In this document: piece after piece, positions 39,621 through 53,700 of the stretch
Layout: each line of letters opens with the position of its first letter
How positions within the stretch are numbered: position 1 is the first letter of the stretch
The notes under the pieces: generated by a model
Told to the model about the DNA's origin: nothing
Database searches by the model: none
The model's input: the letters and a program-made list of their open reading frames with translations, nothing else
Program-made: the position numbers and the translations under genes
Origin: Lama glama
Lineage: Eukaryota
Length of the DNA stretch: 64,000 nucleotides
Reading direction: 5' to 3'
Assembly (NCBI GenBank): GCA_028534125.1
Contig: CM052818.1
Coordinates: 43,650,001 to 43,714,000 of the forward strand

Positions 39621-40319
39621 ATTTAATCCGAGCTCTCATCTTTGGGAGAGGGGGGATCATTTTCTTAAAGAGAAGTGAATTTCCTGGAGTCACACTGTCA
39701 ATTCGGGCTGACTGCAGCCCTAAGCTCCTTCTTTTCCTTACCAAAAATTCTGCACTGCAACCAATGACAAAACGGATATTATCACACGGATACCGGTACC
39801 ACGACTGTCCCAGCTCTGTGCCACACACACTGGAGGGGACACTCCGACCCTTCTTTGTTCTTGATTCTCCCCGTGTTGGTGGACTCTGCGGTGTCAAAAG
39901 GAAGGACTCACCCATCGAGGTCCTGCCGGGGTGGGGGTGGGGGGGACCAGGAACTCACTGTCAGGATCTGCGCCGTTCTCTTCCCTTGTCAGTCCCCACA
40001 AGGGCAGATGACAAGGCTGGCTGCGCCCAAGGTGAAGCTGGGAGAAGGGAGCCGAGCAGCGAGCTCTGGGCATACCCAAGTCCCCCTCCGAGTGCAGGGA
40101 AGAGCTGGGCTGATGAGACCAGCTGTGGGCTGTGGGCCAGGACTGCCATTCTGTCTGGGCCTCACGAGTACCAGGGGGGTACCCAGCACTGTCCTGGCCA
40201 AGGCACTGTCCCCAGTGTGGAAGGGATGAAACAGCTGTGTGTCCTGTTCTCTGTTACCAAGAAGCGGTTCTCCACAAACTCGTCAGCTCCTCGGTTCACA
40301 TAACACCCTGTTCTTAGAT

Positions 40320-40530
40320 ATTATATAACATTAGAACACTTATCACACCATAATGAATGCTTCTTTTCATCTATGATTGTATGATTGTTTCTTCAGCTAG
40401 ACTGTGAGCTCTTCAAATAAAAAAAAGAAAAAGAAAAGATCCTCTGATTCTGTACTTCAGCACTAATCAGGCAATGCTTAACTTACACCAGGTGATCAGC
40501 AACTGCATACTGAGTGAGGGAATGAATTAA
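40320..40530 (+). mobile_element. L2 3' end
   Basis: ctagactgtgagctc...tgagtgagggaatgaat. Confidence 0.7.
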
Positions 40531-41921
40531 AAAATAATGACTGTACAATTTGGACTTAATACATTCAAATAATAATTTCGTATTCCAGTTGGAAACATTG
40601 TTTTTCACCAGCGGGAGCCCTAGTTAACCTTTCTGTGATGCACATGACTCGACAGTGGGTTTTATGTCAGCACTGTGACCAGCTAAGTGAGTAGAAATTT
40701 TTCCACATCTAATTGTGTTATGAACCTTTTCCTTAAAGGAGAATTACTCTCTGAGCCTTTTGCATTTTGGAAAATCTATTAAGAAGTCATTAAACTGTAC
40801 AAATAAGAAACTTTAGTTAATCTCAGAAATTAATACAAATATATTTTCATCCTAATTAAGTACAGCAGTTATTGAAAAGACCTTTAGAAGTTGGTATGTT
40901 TCTGATCATTTCCTTCTAAAAATGTGTTAATGATATCCTTTACACATGAGCTATTATTAAAGGTCTTTATAAATGCAGTATACAATTAGGAATTTTATAC
41001 AAAGTGATTTTTGTATATGGACCGAACCTAGCAAATTTTAGGAACTCACCAAATAGTCACCAAAATACAGGTCGGAGAAGGACTCACTGAGATGTGGACA
41101 GTACTATGTTAAGACATCAAATATTCAAAGAGCATTGTACAATTTAAAAGTATTTTTTTTAACGTAAAACAATCTGAATTGGACGTTAGAACAACCCTAA
41201 GATTGTAGGTTCAGTGATTCGTACAGGGCTTTATGCGCCTTCTGCCAGCTGGGCACATCTCATCTGAGGAACTCGAGGGCTGAAGGACCAGGGCTTTAGA
41301 TGTCTCTACATTTGTCATGTCATCTGTCCTCCAGCAGCTGAGGACGGGAAGTCGGGTCCAAGAGAACTGGCTGCAAGACGTGAAGACTTGTGTTTTTCAT
41401 TCCACAAACGTAGCCTTCCTGATGTACCCAGATCCCCGGGTCCCAGTGCAATACCTTGATTTGCTTCTCAGGGCAGTGTCCCATGTGAGGTTCTGGGGTA
41501 TACGTGTAAGGTTTACACAAAGTGGTGTGCAGAGAAATGAAAGCAGGGCTTTGTATATGCCTGCTTCTTTTTCCTAATCAGATGTCATGTCTTTTCTGTG
41601 GAATCAGTCTCAGGGCATGAGCTTCATAGCATTCCTTTCCAAGTTTCTTGAAAAAAATGTAAACTACAAGTGTAGTTTGTAGTCCAAATGTACACTAAAA
41701 TACGTAAAGTTTCTCCTATAATCCAGTGTTGTAATAATGATACATAAAAAATACATATTAGGACTATTATTAGTTCTAATTATCATATTGTTAAAATGTG
41801 ATTATTAGAACACCGTAGAAGAAACATCATCAGTTTTAGCTTCCATTTTGAAACATTTAAAAGTGGTAGAACTTGTAACCAAAAAAAACTAATTATATAT
41901 AAATACTTCCTTTTAATTCTT

Positions 41922-42075
41922 TAAAGTGGTTCTCCTAAACTTTGATGTGTATATAAATCACCTAGGAATATTATTAACATGCAGATTCTGATTCAGTAGG
42001 TTTGAGAGAGATTAAAAATCTCCAAGGTGAATCTGATACTTCTTTCTCCTGTTTTGGACCAGAACTGTGCTTGGT
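41922..42075. mobile_element. MER5A-like hAT-Charlie relic
   Basis: agtggttctc...aatcacctagg...atgcagattctgattcagtagg. Confidence 0.75.
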
Positions 42076-45010
42076 TGGCCGAACACAAGCACCAAGTCAC
42101 CTGAAAAATCATATCCCTGAGTCGTGGATCACGATTCCTCTCGTGGAAGAAGCGTAGCACAGGCAGCTGGGTTTCTCCTGACACCATAGTGGTCTGGGCG
42201 CAGTGAACTCAGCCGTGCCGAGCCCTCCTCTGCTTCCAAACCTGCCGCCCAAGCTGTGCTTCTGTGAGCTCCAGGCATGAAATCTCAGAGGCACAGGGCA
42301 TCATCTAATCCAGTCATTGTAAAGCTAGATTTTTCTGGAGCTCTACTACTGCAGTGTTCCCCTGCATTTCTGCAAGTATTTGATTTAAATTTTATTCTGT
42401 ATGTAATCTGACTAATTTTAAAAAGAGTATAATGCATTCCAGTGTACTACATAGTGTGTTAATACTTCCGAGACCACCCAGAGTGTCAAGCTGAAGTCTC
42501 AAAGACTGGATTTATAAGAAGCTTCATAGTACATTAGGTCTTAGAGAACTTCTGGTTTAAGCGTGTGAGCCAAGAATGGCAAAAATAACACTTTCTCATG
42601 AAGGGGAGCACTTAAACATCAGGTCTGCTGGCCTCTTGAACAGGTCCCTGCGAAGGGTCTGCTGTAGTTATGATTTCGCCACCTCTTGTAAATTAGCTGG
42701 AAGCACGCGCTGGTCTTTGCAAAGCAGTGCTTAGAACTCCGAGGTGGATTTCGCCAATTTCAAGGATACATTCTTGCAGGGCCTCCATGTGTTCTTGAAA
42801 GGGTTACTCAGTGCACTAACAGCTCGTTATCCCAAGGGAGTGTCACTCATAGCGTAGGAATCACTGGCTTACACGTTCATCTTGACAGGTTGCTGGGAGA
42901 CTTTCTGCTGTGTTTGGAACTATGCTGTTTTGAGCAAAGGGCAGAAACATCAATGAGATGTGTTATTATGGTCGATTCAACCACCGTTCCCTTCCTACCA
43001 GCATAACCCCTAATGCATTTATTGCATTCTATTGTAAATATTAACTTATTTCTTTCTTGTCCGGTACATTGTGAGATACTTAAAGGACATGCATCTGGAT
43101 ATCACATTTGAGCTTTCAAAGAATAGTTTAATAGACCAGTGGGAGAAATTGTATTCCAGGCAGAATGTTCAGCCTATCCAAAGGTGCAGATGTATGCGAA
43201 AAAAAAAAAAAGGAAAGAAGCAGTTTCATTTTAGGATCTTAGATTCAGTATCATCAACAATAGACGTGAAAGATAAAATGCACACATTATATGACTTTGT
43301 GAAAAGTAAAATGATGAAAAGAATATAGTGGCACAGGGAAATAATTAGTGTTTAGTACATATGAGCACCATTCCTTCCTCCCCCCAAACGCACTTCTGCC
43401 ACCACTGTTAGCTAAGTTTGCTTTTCGTAAAATGGACAGAATTAATCACATTTACTTTATAGATTACTTTCATGGGATAGGATTGAATAAAGTGGTATAA
43501 CGGTTGAAAACACACTATCAGTCCTGAAATATTGGGCACACTTTGACTATCATTTAGAATTATTGTCCCTGACGTGTGTTTATATCAATAATGGATTGCA
43601 TATTTTTTTGCAAATGAGATTGTATCCACTGTGTTGGCATCAAAGGATGAAAAGTTATCTGAATACCCAACTGATGAACTCTGGTCAAATATCCAGAAAA
43701 TTGCCTCACAGCATCATGTTCAGAATATGAAACTCATTTTGCCTGGAGAAAAAGAAATTCCCAAATGAGCCATGTAACTCTTGGTTTCTGAGCAATGGAG
43801 CCAGGAGTAATTGAGTTTTGCTACAGAAAGTAATTGGGTCTCTTCCCTTAGCACAGCACAAGTCCCCAGTGCCACACATCACTCCAGGTCGGCCCTTAAC
43901 AACCTGTCCACTGGCGGCGCCAACAGAGAAAAAGCGGAAGATGCTCCGTCTCAAGTTAGCTGCCTGTGTGAACTACAAAGAATAGATCAAGGTTAACGGG
44001 GCGGCTCCTTCTGTGTTTCAGTCATTCTACGAGAGAAACCGTATTTTTTATTCACATCCAACTTCACATTCCAGAATCAACACTGTATTCCAGCTAGATC
44101 TGTTAGAGACCTTGGTTTGCATGGTTTTTCATCTGTGTACTTCTCTGCAAGAATGGAAACCCTGCTTCGGCAGGAACTTGCAGTCTTTCAGGCTCATCAT
44201 AAAGTTTAATAAATGCGTGCAGGATGAACAAACAGACACTCACGTTGAAGGTGGGGTCCATGTCTGGTTCACTTCTGTATCTCTTTTCCTCTGACCTTGC
44301 CCCATTTTTTGTTCCTGTTGTGGCACACGTCAAATAAGGCAGGGACACGGTTACACGAGAAATGACCTAGAATTGCTTTTCTCAGGAGCAATGTGCGGAA
44401 GTATCATGGCGCTCATGCTGTGCCCCTGAAGCACTGGGGGAGACAGAGGAATAGATATATTTTCATCTCAGCACAATCTGGAAGTTGCTTTCCCCTCAAA
44501 AGGGCAGGTTCAGCATGGCATTATTTCCAGAGCAGTGTACCACCCGGTGTAGGCGTGCTGCAGCTCATACAGCAGGAAACAATACTTTGAGTAATGACTG
44601 ACTTTTTTAACTTAAGAGGAACTGACAGAGGCTAAACATTTTTCTATCTATAGCTGCCAAGGCCTAATTTATGAAAAAAAAAAAAGGAATCCCCGTCCAT
44701 CCTACTTCCTGGGTGATGAAAAGAGTTCACAGTGCTTTTTTGGGCATCATTTTATTTAAGCCTCGTGGCAGCCTTCTAATGCAGATAATTTACAAAAGCA
44801 TTTTCCAACATACATGTCTAAGAGTGAACTTTCTATGAACTTTCTCTCTAAATCAAATGTTTATGAGAATTAAAAAAAATTTTAGCACAACGGTGACCTG
44901 GAAGAAAGCTATGCACCTGGACTTTCTGACAGTATCAAGTATCAGCTGACTACACAGGTAGGCGAGCTAACGACAGCCAGCTCTCCAGACCTGTCCAAGC
45001 GCGCCGTGGG

Positions 45011-45327
45011 CGCGGGCCCCCAGCGGGCGGGTCTCTGTGGGGCAGCGGGCTGCGTCCCCTTTGCATAACTATGGACAGAGAAACACAATCGTGCCTTTTA
45101 TTAGCTAAGGCAATACTTACGTTACTGTACCTTTGTTCAATTTCTGCTGGTTCTCCTTCTGCGATGGCCGCGGGCCCCCAGCGGGCGGGTCTCTGTGGGG
45201 CAGCGGGCTGCGTCCCCTTTGCATAACTATGGACAGAGAAACACAATCGTGCCTTTTATTAGCTAAGGCAATACTTACGTTACTGTACCTTTGTTCAATT
45301 TCTGCTGGTTCTCCTTCTGCGATGGCC
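45011..45327. repeat. Perfect 158-bp tandem duplication of unique sequence
   Basis: 45011-45168 is identical to 45169-45326 by base-by-base reading, plus 1 shared junction base. Confidence 0.97.
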
Positions 45328-45339
45328 TCCCATCCATAA

Positions 45340-45500
45340 CATCTTGGCTTCTCCTACAGTTAGGGACCGTTATAAGTAATTCCATTTTACTGCGGAACTG
45401 GTTGAGCAAATAGAAAGTGGAGGTTACTTACCTTTTACTCAAGGTCACAACAATTAGTAAGTGTTAGAGCTGGGATGTGAAACAAGTGTGGGTTCACCTC
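45340..45500 (-). mobile_element. MIR fragment
   Basis: ccattttac...ctcaaggtcacaacaattagtaagtgttagagctgggatgtgaa. Confidence 0.75.
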
Positions 45501-46504
45501 AAAGACTAGAGAAATGGAAAAATGGTTTTTTTATCCGTATATTCCTCTGCAAGAATGGAAACACTGCGGACTTCCTGAATACCCCAGCAGAGTCGTGGAC
45601 AAGTGACGCTGTGGGTCTAAAGTCCAGTGTCCGCCTCACTGAGATATTCCTTCAAGGAGAAAGAAGGTATCATTTTCCACTATGGAAGCAGATCATGAGA
45701 AGAGGTGTAAACATTTTTAACCTGGACCAGCCATGAAAATGTTAGGATTTGGAGGACATAAGATTTGAGGAGGGAAATAGTGCCTGAGAAGGATGGATGG
45801 ATGTGTCCTGGGCATGAGAAACAGGGCCCCCGTGAGTGATGTTACAGATCTGTTCTAACTCAGGTTTAACCTACCTCTTATGGTTCTAAATACCTCGCTT
45901 GCAACATACACTGTTCGGTAGAAAACATTTTATTTTTAGCATCTGCCAAGAGCCGGCATAAGTTATGCGAACATTCTACCCAACTGATGCTCACTACAGC
46001 GTGGAACCACTAAATTTTATCTTTATTAGCCAAACCACACTGACATATCTTCACCTCTCTCTCTGGGCAATCTTATGGCATCCTTTGTCTATTGTATTTC
46101 CTCCCTGCACATGAATAATTCCATCCAAGCAAGTGGCTGATTTTTATAACCTTCCAATACCTTCATTTGTAATAAATGCGTGGGTGTTTTAGCCAGCTTT
46201 TTGCACAATTATATAAGTACCTATTGCTTCTTCACACATGTTGCTCTGTAATGAGCAGTGTATTCCTATTTCTCTCTGGCAAATAACACTTTTGTTTGGC
46301 ATTATTGGTTTTACTTTCTAAGTCTCACACACCAGAAAATATGACAGGTACAATTAATGATATAAAAATGAGCACAAAGTACGCACTGCTTTTCATAAGT
46401 GAATATATGTATGAACAGAATAAAAGACGAAAACGTAGTAAATACACATGGTTGCAAACACTGATTGGGGAAATACTTTGGACAGTTGGCATTTATACAG
46501 CCAA

Positions 46505-46551
46505 TTATATATATATATTATATATATATATATAATATATATATATATAAT
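46505..46551. repeat. (TA)n microsatellite, interrupted
   Basis: Read directly. Confidence 0.9.
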
Positions 46552-46579
46552 AGATGATATCAATTATGGAAAGTGTGTG

Positions 46580-47150
46580 TACAGAAAAGAGAGCCTGGGT
46601 TCTGACCCAAAGGAATTTCCACTCATAAAAAAGAAGAGAAATTGTCTCCAAAGAAGATCTGAAGAAAAGTAGACGGCAAATTAGCTAAGAATTGTGTAAG
46701 TGAGCACAGGAAGACACATTTCAAAAAAGGAGCAAGTATCCAAAGGTGTTGAGTGCTGCTGAGGTATTTAGTAAAATAAGGAATGAGAAGTGTCCATTGG
46801 GCTTAGAAATAAGCAGGACATGCGCCTTAGCCTGAGGACTTTGAGTAGTCAAGGCAAAGTTCAGACGAGGAGAGGATTTAGACATGAAGGAGCAATCAAC
46901 AACTGGAGTTTCTCTGTGTAGGGAATGCTTTGCTGAAGGTCGGCTGTGAGCGTGAGGAGAGAGCGGGGCAGTGTCAGGAGGAAACAACGGGAGACGGTAG
47001 AGCAGTGATGCTGGGAGGCGGGAGCTGTCAGAGAAAGGTTCTGATCATTAGAGCAGAAAGAAAGGAAAACTTACAGAGTAAGATTCCCAAGAAAGCTGAA
47101 GGGGCGGTACCTACGATACACGCGAAGGGACTGACATTTGCAGAAAAATA
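46580..47150 (-). mobile_element. L2 ORF2-derived fragment, antisense
   Basis: gtgttgagtgctgctgagg...aataaggaatgagaagtgtccattgg. Confidence 0.65.
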
Positions 47151-48285
47151 AAACCGAAGCTGGAGGGTGTGTAGCGGCAGGGCCGACGTGCTAGGGTTGG
47201 TCTTGAAAGGCTTTCTGAGAGGGGTGAGCTTGGAGAGGACAGAAGAGAGAAAGAAGGCGATTCATGGGCTTGGAGAGGTCGTCCTGAGGCCGGGGGTGGC
47301 GTGTGCGAAAGCGGGGATGTAAGTTAGGGTGCTCTTCCATCGCAGGGAACATGTGCGGGTAGCAGTGTAAAACCCACGAGATATTTCCTTCGTCATTAAG
47401 ATAATGCAGTTAAAGTCTACCTGTGTCAGAGTAGCTGCAGAATATTCCTCATCGGAGAAGGTGCTATTTCTCAGTATGACAATAGTAAGGAGAACTTAAT
47501 TACTCCAGTAGCTTTAAATGACAACTTTGTGCCCAGCACAAGTAATTCCTCGCTATGATCTGAATGACTTCTTTTTTCCCCTGTAACTTTCACCATCTAT
47601 GTTTGTAATTCAGAAGCTATGCTAGGCAGTGCAATGGGGTTTGTGAAATGGCGTGATGGATACCAAGAGAAAAATAATTCTACTACGTTACTCACATGCA
47701 TGTTTTTACTCCTGATTTCCTGCTTAAAGACTTCTACTTTAGAAGCATTTGCTGCAAGAATGACAGATGACACTTGATATATTTAATTGCATATATATTC
47801 AGTTATTGCAAGTGATGAGAGGGAGGAAATATATGTGTGAGTGTACATACATATATCTGACACAGTTGCAAATATTAACCATTTAATTACACACATTCAC
47901 ACACACAGACACACGTCAGTGGATTACTGTTTCTGCAAGTGACTAGCCAGGTAATTGAAGGCAGGTGACTTTTACAAAGTACATTCTAAGTACTGTTGGT
48001 AGATACTGGTCATTTACCCTGTGTATCTTATTCTTGCAGCCACACATGGCAAGTCTGCTCCCCACATTGTCACTGGAATTCATCTTGACGCCTAAGTCAT
48101 CGAGAGAAACCGGATACCAATTTTCCTGGAGCTTCACTCCAATTAATCCACATAGTATTGGAGTGAATGTAAAGTAAAAGAATGAATGTGAAAAGGTCTT
48201 ATTACTTTAAAACCTAACATACACATGTACATAGGATAATGCAGGAAGAGAAGAGAACATGCAGATTTCAGTGTCTTGGATTTAC

Positions 48286-50730
48286 TTTTTCCTTCCAATT
48301 TTATTAATATATGATTGATGTAGGGCACCATGCAAGTATAAGGTGTACAGCAAAATGATTTGAATCACATACAACAGTTGAAATGATTACCACAGGAAGA
48401 TGAGTGACCATCCGTCATCTCCTATGGATATAAAGTTAAAGAATAGAAAAAATTTTTTTCCTGGTGATGACAACTCTTAGGATTTACTCTCTTAACAATT
48501 TTCATATGTAACGTGCCGCAGTGTTATTTACATCTGTCATGTTGTGCATCACATCTCCAGGACTTGTCTTAAAACTGGGAGTTTGTACCTTTGGACCGCC
48601 TTGATCGGTTCTACCTCCCCACTCCTCAACTCTGGCAATCACAAATCCGATCACTTATTTTATGGGTTTGCTTGTTTTTCTAGTACAATTAACCTACCAC
48701 ACTGTGTTGATTCCTGACATACAACATAGTGACTTGATATTTCTATACATTTCAAAGTAATTACCTTGATACGTTAGGTTACCATCTGACATCACTCAAA
48801 GACGTTATGTAATTACTGACGATATTCCTCACACTTTACATTTCCTACCTGTGACTTACTTATTTCATACCTGGACGTTTGTACCTCTTAATCCTCCTCG
48901 CCTATTTCTCTCACGCCCCCGAACCCCTCCCCTCTGGCACGCAACCTGCTTGTTTACTCTCTGTCTGTGACTCTGTTTCCATGTTGTTATATTTGTTCAT
49001 TTGTTTTGTTTTTTAGATTCCACATATAAGTAAAATCATATAGTGTTTGTCTTTATTTGTCTGACTTATTTCACTTAGCACAATACCCTCTAGGTCCATT
49101 TATGTTGTCACAAATGGCAACATATCATTCTTTTTTTATGGCTGAGTAATGTATGTATATACACTGCATCTTCTTTATCCGTTCATCTATGCATGAGCAC
49201 TTAGGTTGATTCTGTGTGTTGTTTGTTATAAACAATGCAGCAATGAACATAGGTGAGCACATATCTTTTTGAATTAGTGTTTTTGTTTTCTTCAGTTAAA
49301 TACTCAGTAGCGGAATTGCTGGAACATCTGGTTGTTCTATTTTTAAGTTTTTGAGGATCGTCCATCCTGTTTTCCATAGTGGCTGCACAAATTTACATTC
49401 CCACCAAGAGTGCACAAGGGCCCCCCTTTTCCACATCCTTGCCAATACCTGTCATTTGTCATCTTTTTGATAATAGCCATTCTGACAGGTGTGAGATGAT
49501 CTCTCACTGTAGTTTTCATTTGCATTTCTCTGATGCTGAGTGATGTTGAGCATCTTTTCATGTGTCTGTTGGCCATCTGTATTGTCTTCGGGAAAATGTT
49601 TATTCTGGTCCTCTCTTAATTTTATAATCAGGTTAATTTTTTTTCTGATGTTGAACTGTATGAGTTCTTTGTTATTTTGGATATTACACCTCATCTTTCG
49701 CAAATGCATTCTCCCATTCACTCGTCGGACATTTTTGTTTCATTGATAGTTTCCTTCACTGTAAAAAAAAGCCATGTTTAGTTTGATGTAGTCCTATTTG
49801 CTTATTTTTGCTCTTGTTTCCCTTGCCTGAGAAGATGTATCCAAAAAATATTGCTAAGGCTGATGTCAAAGAGCATACTGTCTATGATTTCTCCTAGAAG
49901 TTTTGTGGTTCGGGTCTTAGCTTTAAGTCTTTAATGCATTTTGAGCTTATTTTTGTGTATGGTATGTGAAAGTATACAGTTTGATTCTTTTTGCATGTAG
50001 ATGTCCAGTTTTCTCAACATTATTTATTAGAAAGACTGTCTTTTCTACATTGTATATTCTTGCCTCCTTTACTATGGCGTCTGGGCTCATTTCTGGACTG
50101 TCTATTCTGTTGGAGTGATCTAGCTGTCTATCTGCGCTATTACCTTACTGTTTTGATGACTATATCTTTAAAGTATAGTTTGAAACCACAATGCATGGTG
50201 CCCTTGTTCCTCACTTTCAAGATTATTTTGGTTATTAAGGGTCTTTTGTGTCCTGGACTTTAGTTTGTTGGGAGGTTTTGTTTTTTTTTTTTTGTTTGTT
50301 TGTTTTTGCTGATTCAACTTCATTATGGGTAATCAGTCTGTTCACATTTTCTGTTTCTTCCTGATTCAATCTTGGGAGATTTTACATTTCTAGGAATTTG
50401 TTCATTTCTTCTAGGTTGTCCATTTTATTGGAGTATAACTGTTCATAGCAATCTCTTATGATCCTTTGAATTTCTGTAGTGTCAGTTGCAATTTCTTCCT
50501 TTTACATTTCTGATTTTATTTATTTGGGCCCTCTTTCTTTTTTTCTTGATGAGTCTCTCTGAAGGTTTATCAATTTTGTTTATCTTTTCAAAGAACCAGC
50601 TCTTAATTTTATTAATTTTTTCAATTATTTCAGTCTCTATCTTATTTATTCCTGCTCTGATCTTTATTATTTCTTATTTTCTACTAACTTTAGGTTTTGT
50701 TTGTTCTTTTTTCCTAGTTTCTTTAATTCC
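48286..50730 (-). mobile_element. L1 (3' UTR, ORF2 C-terminus, and an N-terminal-half ORF2 piece), antisense, internally deleted
   Basis: Minus-strand peptides [23 protein letters not shown] and ...[14 protein letters not shown]... are L1 ORF2; abrupt jump between ORF2 regions at about 50250. Confidence 0.93.
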
Positions 50731-53700
50731 TTGAGTATTGTATATATCACAGTTCCATTTCATATACATGCATATTTTTTTAAGTTGCTGATCCCATAAG
50801 TTTGATCACCTTTTAACAACCCTGCACTTTTACTGCCCCCTCCCCCTTAGTATTTTTGATATCATATTTTACATCTTTTTTTATGTGTATCTCTTAACTG
50901 TTATTGTGGATACAAATGACTTTACTGTTTTTGTCTTTTAACCTTACTGCTACTTTATAAGTGGTTAATCTGCTACCTTTCTTGTGGACCTTATTATGTG
51001 ACCTTCAGGAGATTAGAGATATGAATAGGATAGTGACCACATCTGATCCTGTAGAATATCCAAGTATATTTCTGAGCAAAGTATTTTAATCCTATACTAC
51101 AGTAATACTTTAAAGCAGGTAACACTTTATAAAGCACTCTCTGACTATGCCTGCCTTCTTTGGCTTCTTTAAGCAGCTCTCATCACCCCCAAAATTCCTA
51201 TAGCATTTTATTTGATTTCCACACAGCCAAATATTTTATTAAAAACTCACACAATATAGCTTTGCTTTTTTTCTAACTCTCCTTTATGCTCCTCAGGAGC
51301 ATAAAGATTGTGTTCTCTCAGTCTCTCTCTCTGTTTTATTCTCACGAAGTACCCTAATTCAGCACAAGGCATAATGCAGTACCTTAAAAATAACATTTCA
51401 CTGACCAATAATTTTTGACATGTCGATCCATTTATCATCTTGAAGTTCTTCTCTAATTTGATGCCTATTTAAATCTGTAGAGTGTGGATGCAAAGTTCTT
51501 GCTCTCTGAATTTCTCTGTTGGTGAGTATACCTCTGGTGCTTAGCTCTGAGCATTTCTCATAGTTTACTTCCTAGTTTATTATTGATAAACTGTTTCTTT
51601 CCTCTTCTGTTTTGACTCTGGAAGAAGAATTTTAAGCTCAGATTAAAATCATAAAAGACATTCTCAGAAAAATGTTTCATACTCCTCAGAGGAACTATTA
51701 TTATTTTAACTCATAATTATAATTACAGCAATGTTCATTGGGATAATTCTCCAATGCTCCCAAACAACATGTTTTATAAGCATATTTTGTTGTTAATGCA
51801 CCATAGATTGTTGGAAAGAACTATACTATTAATTTGGTATATTTCATTTTGTTGCCAGCTGAAAGAATTAGTTTCTGATACATTTAAACTGTATTTAATA
51901 GCTCACTGATGTTTAGCTGAATTTTAAAGTAGAAATGTTTTAAAGTTTTGATGCACAGAGCAGATTAGAAAAAAAATTGAAAGATTAAAAAAAAATTTAT
52001 TCCTGACTTCCTTTAAATACTATTATTTCAAACCTGAATATATTCAAAATGGAAAAACAAGAATAAGGAATAAAGAGACGTGCATTCTATCCTGAACAAA
52101 ACAGATATAGAATAGAATGTAGAACACAGAACATCTCTCATAAATGTATTCAGGAAGTTGGGGCAAATCAATCCCCTGGTCCTCAGACTGGGTGTGATGA
52201 GGAAGAAAGAAAGTACATCTGTGTACATTCCTTCCTTCCTTCCAATTTCCCTTTCCTTCCTCCACTTCCTTCCTCCTATAACAATCATGTTAAAGTTCAG
52301 TCATAAAATACAACAAAATGTAACTTTATTTCATCTCCCACTGTTACTATAACTTGAGTTATGTGAGAATAATCTTTCCCCATTCCAGGATGGAGATTTG
52401 AGCAGATCTCACTACCCATTTTTCAAGTTGGTTCTTGGGTAATTACATAATCCTATAATCATTTCTCAGATGTAAAAAAAAAACGCACACAATTTGTAAT
52501 AGTTCCAACTGGTACTTGACGACAATAAATGCTTCATTCAAATATTCTCTCCAGAATAAGACTTCATCCCTCTCTTACCTAAGGTCTGTGGCTGCCCGCA
52601 GCCTGCCTTTGCAGGAGGTGATCTCTCTCTCAACCCTTGCTCTTTCTGCTCAACCCCTCTCCCACCTTCTAGATGTTCTGTAAGACAGCCACATAAAATA
52701 GTTTTGCAGAAGAATCTGGATTGAGCTCATAGGTTTCTTAGTCCCACTACGTCTGCTTCTAACTAGATCTGATCTTAAAATTGCCATCCAAGTCCTTGGT
52801 TACTCTGCTTGCCTCTACTGCGATGTGAGGGGTGACTGAGGAGATGTCATGTCCACTGATTCGGTTATACTTTCAGCCTGTGGCTTCACTATCTGCCTTG
52901 ATGTCACCTTGTCTCACAGAGCCCTTTCATTCTGGTTTTAAAACTCAGAATTTACTTTCTTAGATTTACTTTCTTAGAACTATAAAGGGGATGATAACCC
53001 CTCTTTCAAAGATTGGCTGTGGTAATCATGCCTACCTGCTAGTCACATAATTGAACTGGAAAAGCCAACTCAACTTAGCAAGCTCCAAGGGGCGATGCCC
53101 CGTGCTACCCAGGGTGACAGGGTCCAGTCTCACATAACCTTGGTCCTTGGTCAGTCGTAACCCGGGCAGTGGGCTTTCCTCCCAAGAAGCCCATGTATAC
53201 CCTTCCCTCCACTGTTTCTGCATAAATCAGAGAATTCCTGGCCCGTTAATAGGTAACAGAGAGTCTGGGATCAGCTTTTAACCATAGAATACTGTTTTTC
53301 CGGAAGCTTCCTTTGTTTTGAGTCAGACAATGATGTCCTCATGTAATTAATGACAGTTAATTAAGCAGATTATATGACTTGTTGCAGCCCTTCTTGATGA
53401 TGGAGGAGGTTCTGGGGAATGTCCTTGACTGACAGTCAGAAGGCTTCTTACTCCCCAGAACCCCCCTTTCCCCAGGTCCCCGTCTCCATGACTTCGTGGA
53501 GCTTCTATTCTGCTCAGCGAGCTCCTGTTTCCAGGCTCTTTTTGTAACAGGTAGAATTGGGGCCTCTTTCTGAATTCCTACCAGCAGGAGGCCAGATTTC
53601 TCTAAGTCGCCTCCAATGGATCTGAGCAGCAGATAATACTTTTCTCTCAGAGGATTAAAAGTATTTTCTCTCAGAAGAAAATCTGTTCTCATTTACACGC

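Noticed and set aside
39764..40303. 179-aa ORF and overlapping ORFs in a GC-rich patch
   Set aside because: No recognisable domain; several frames on both strands are open, as expected from stop-codon scarcity in GC-rich DNA
43905..43925. CTCF-like word ccactggcggcgcc
   Set aside because: Spacing does not fit the CCACYAGRKGGC core without several mismatches
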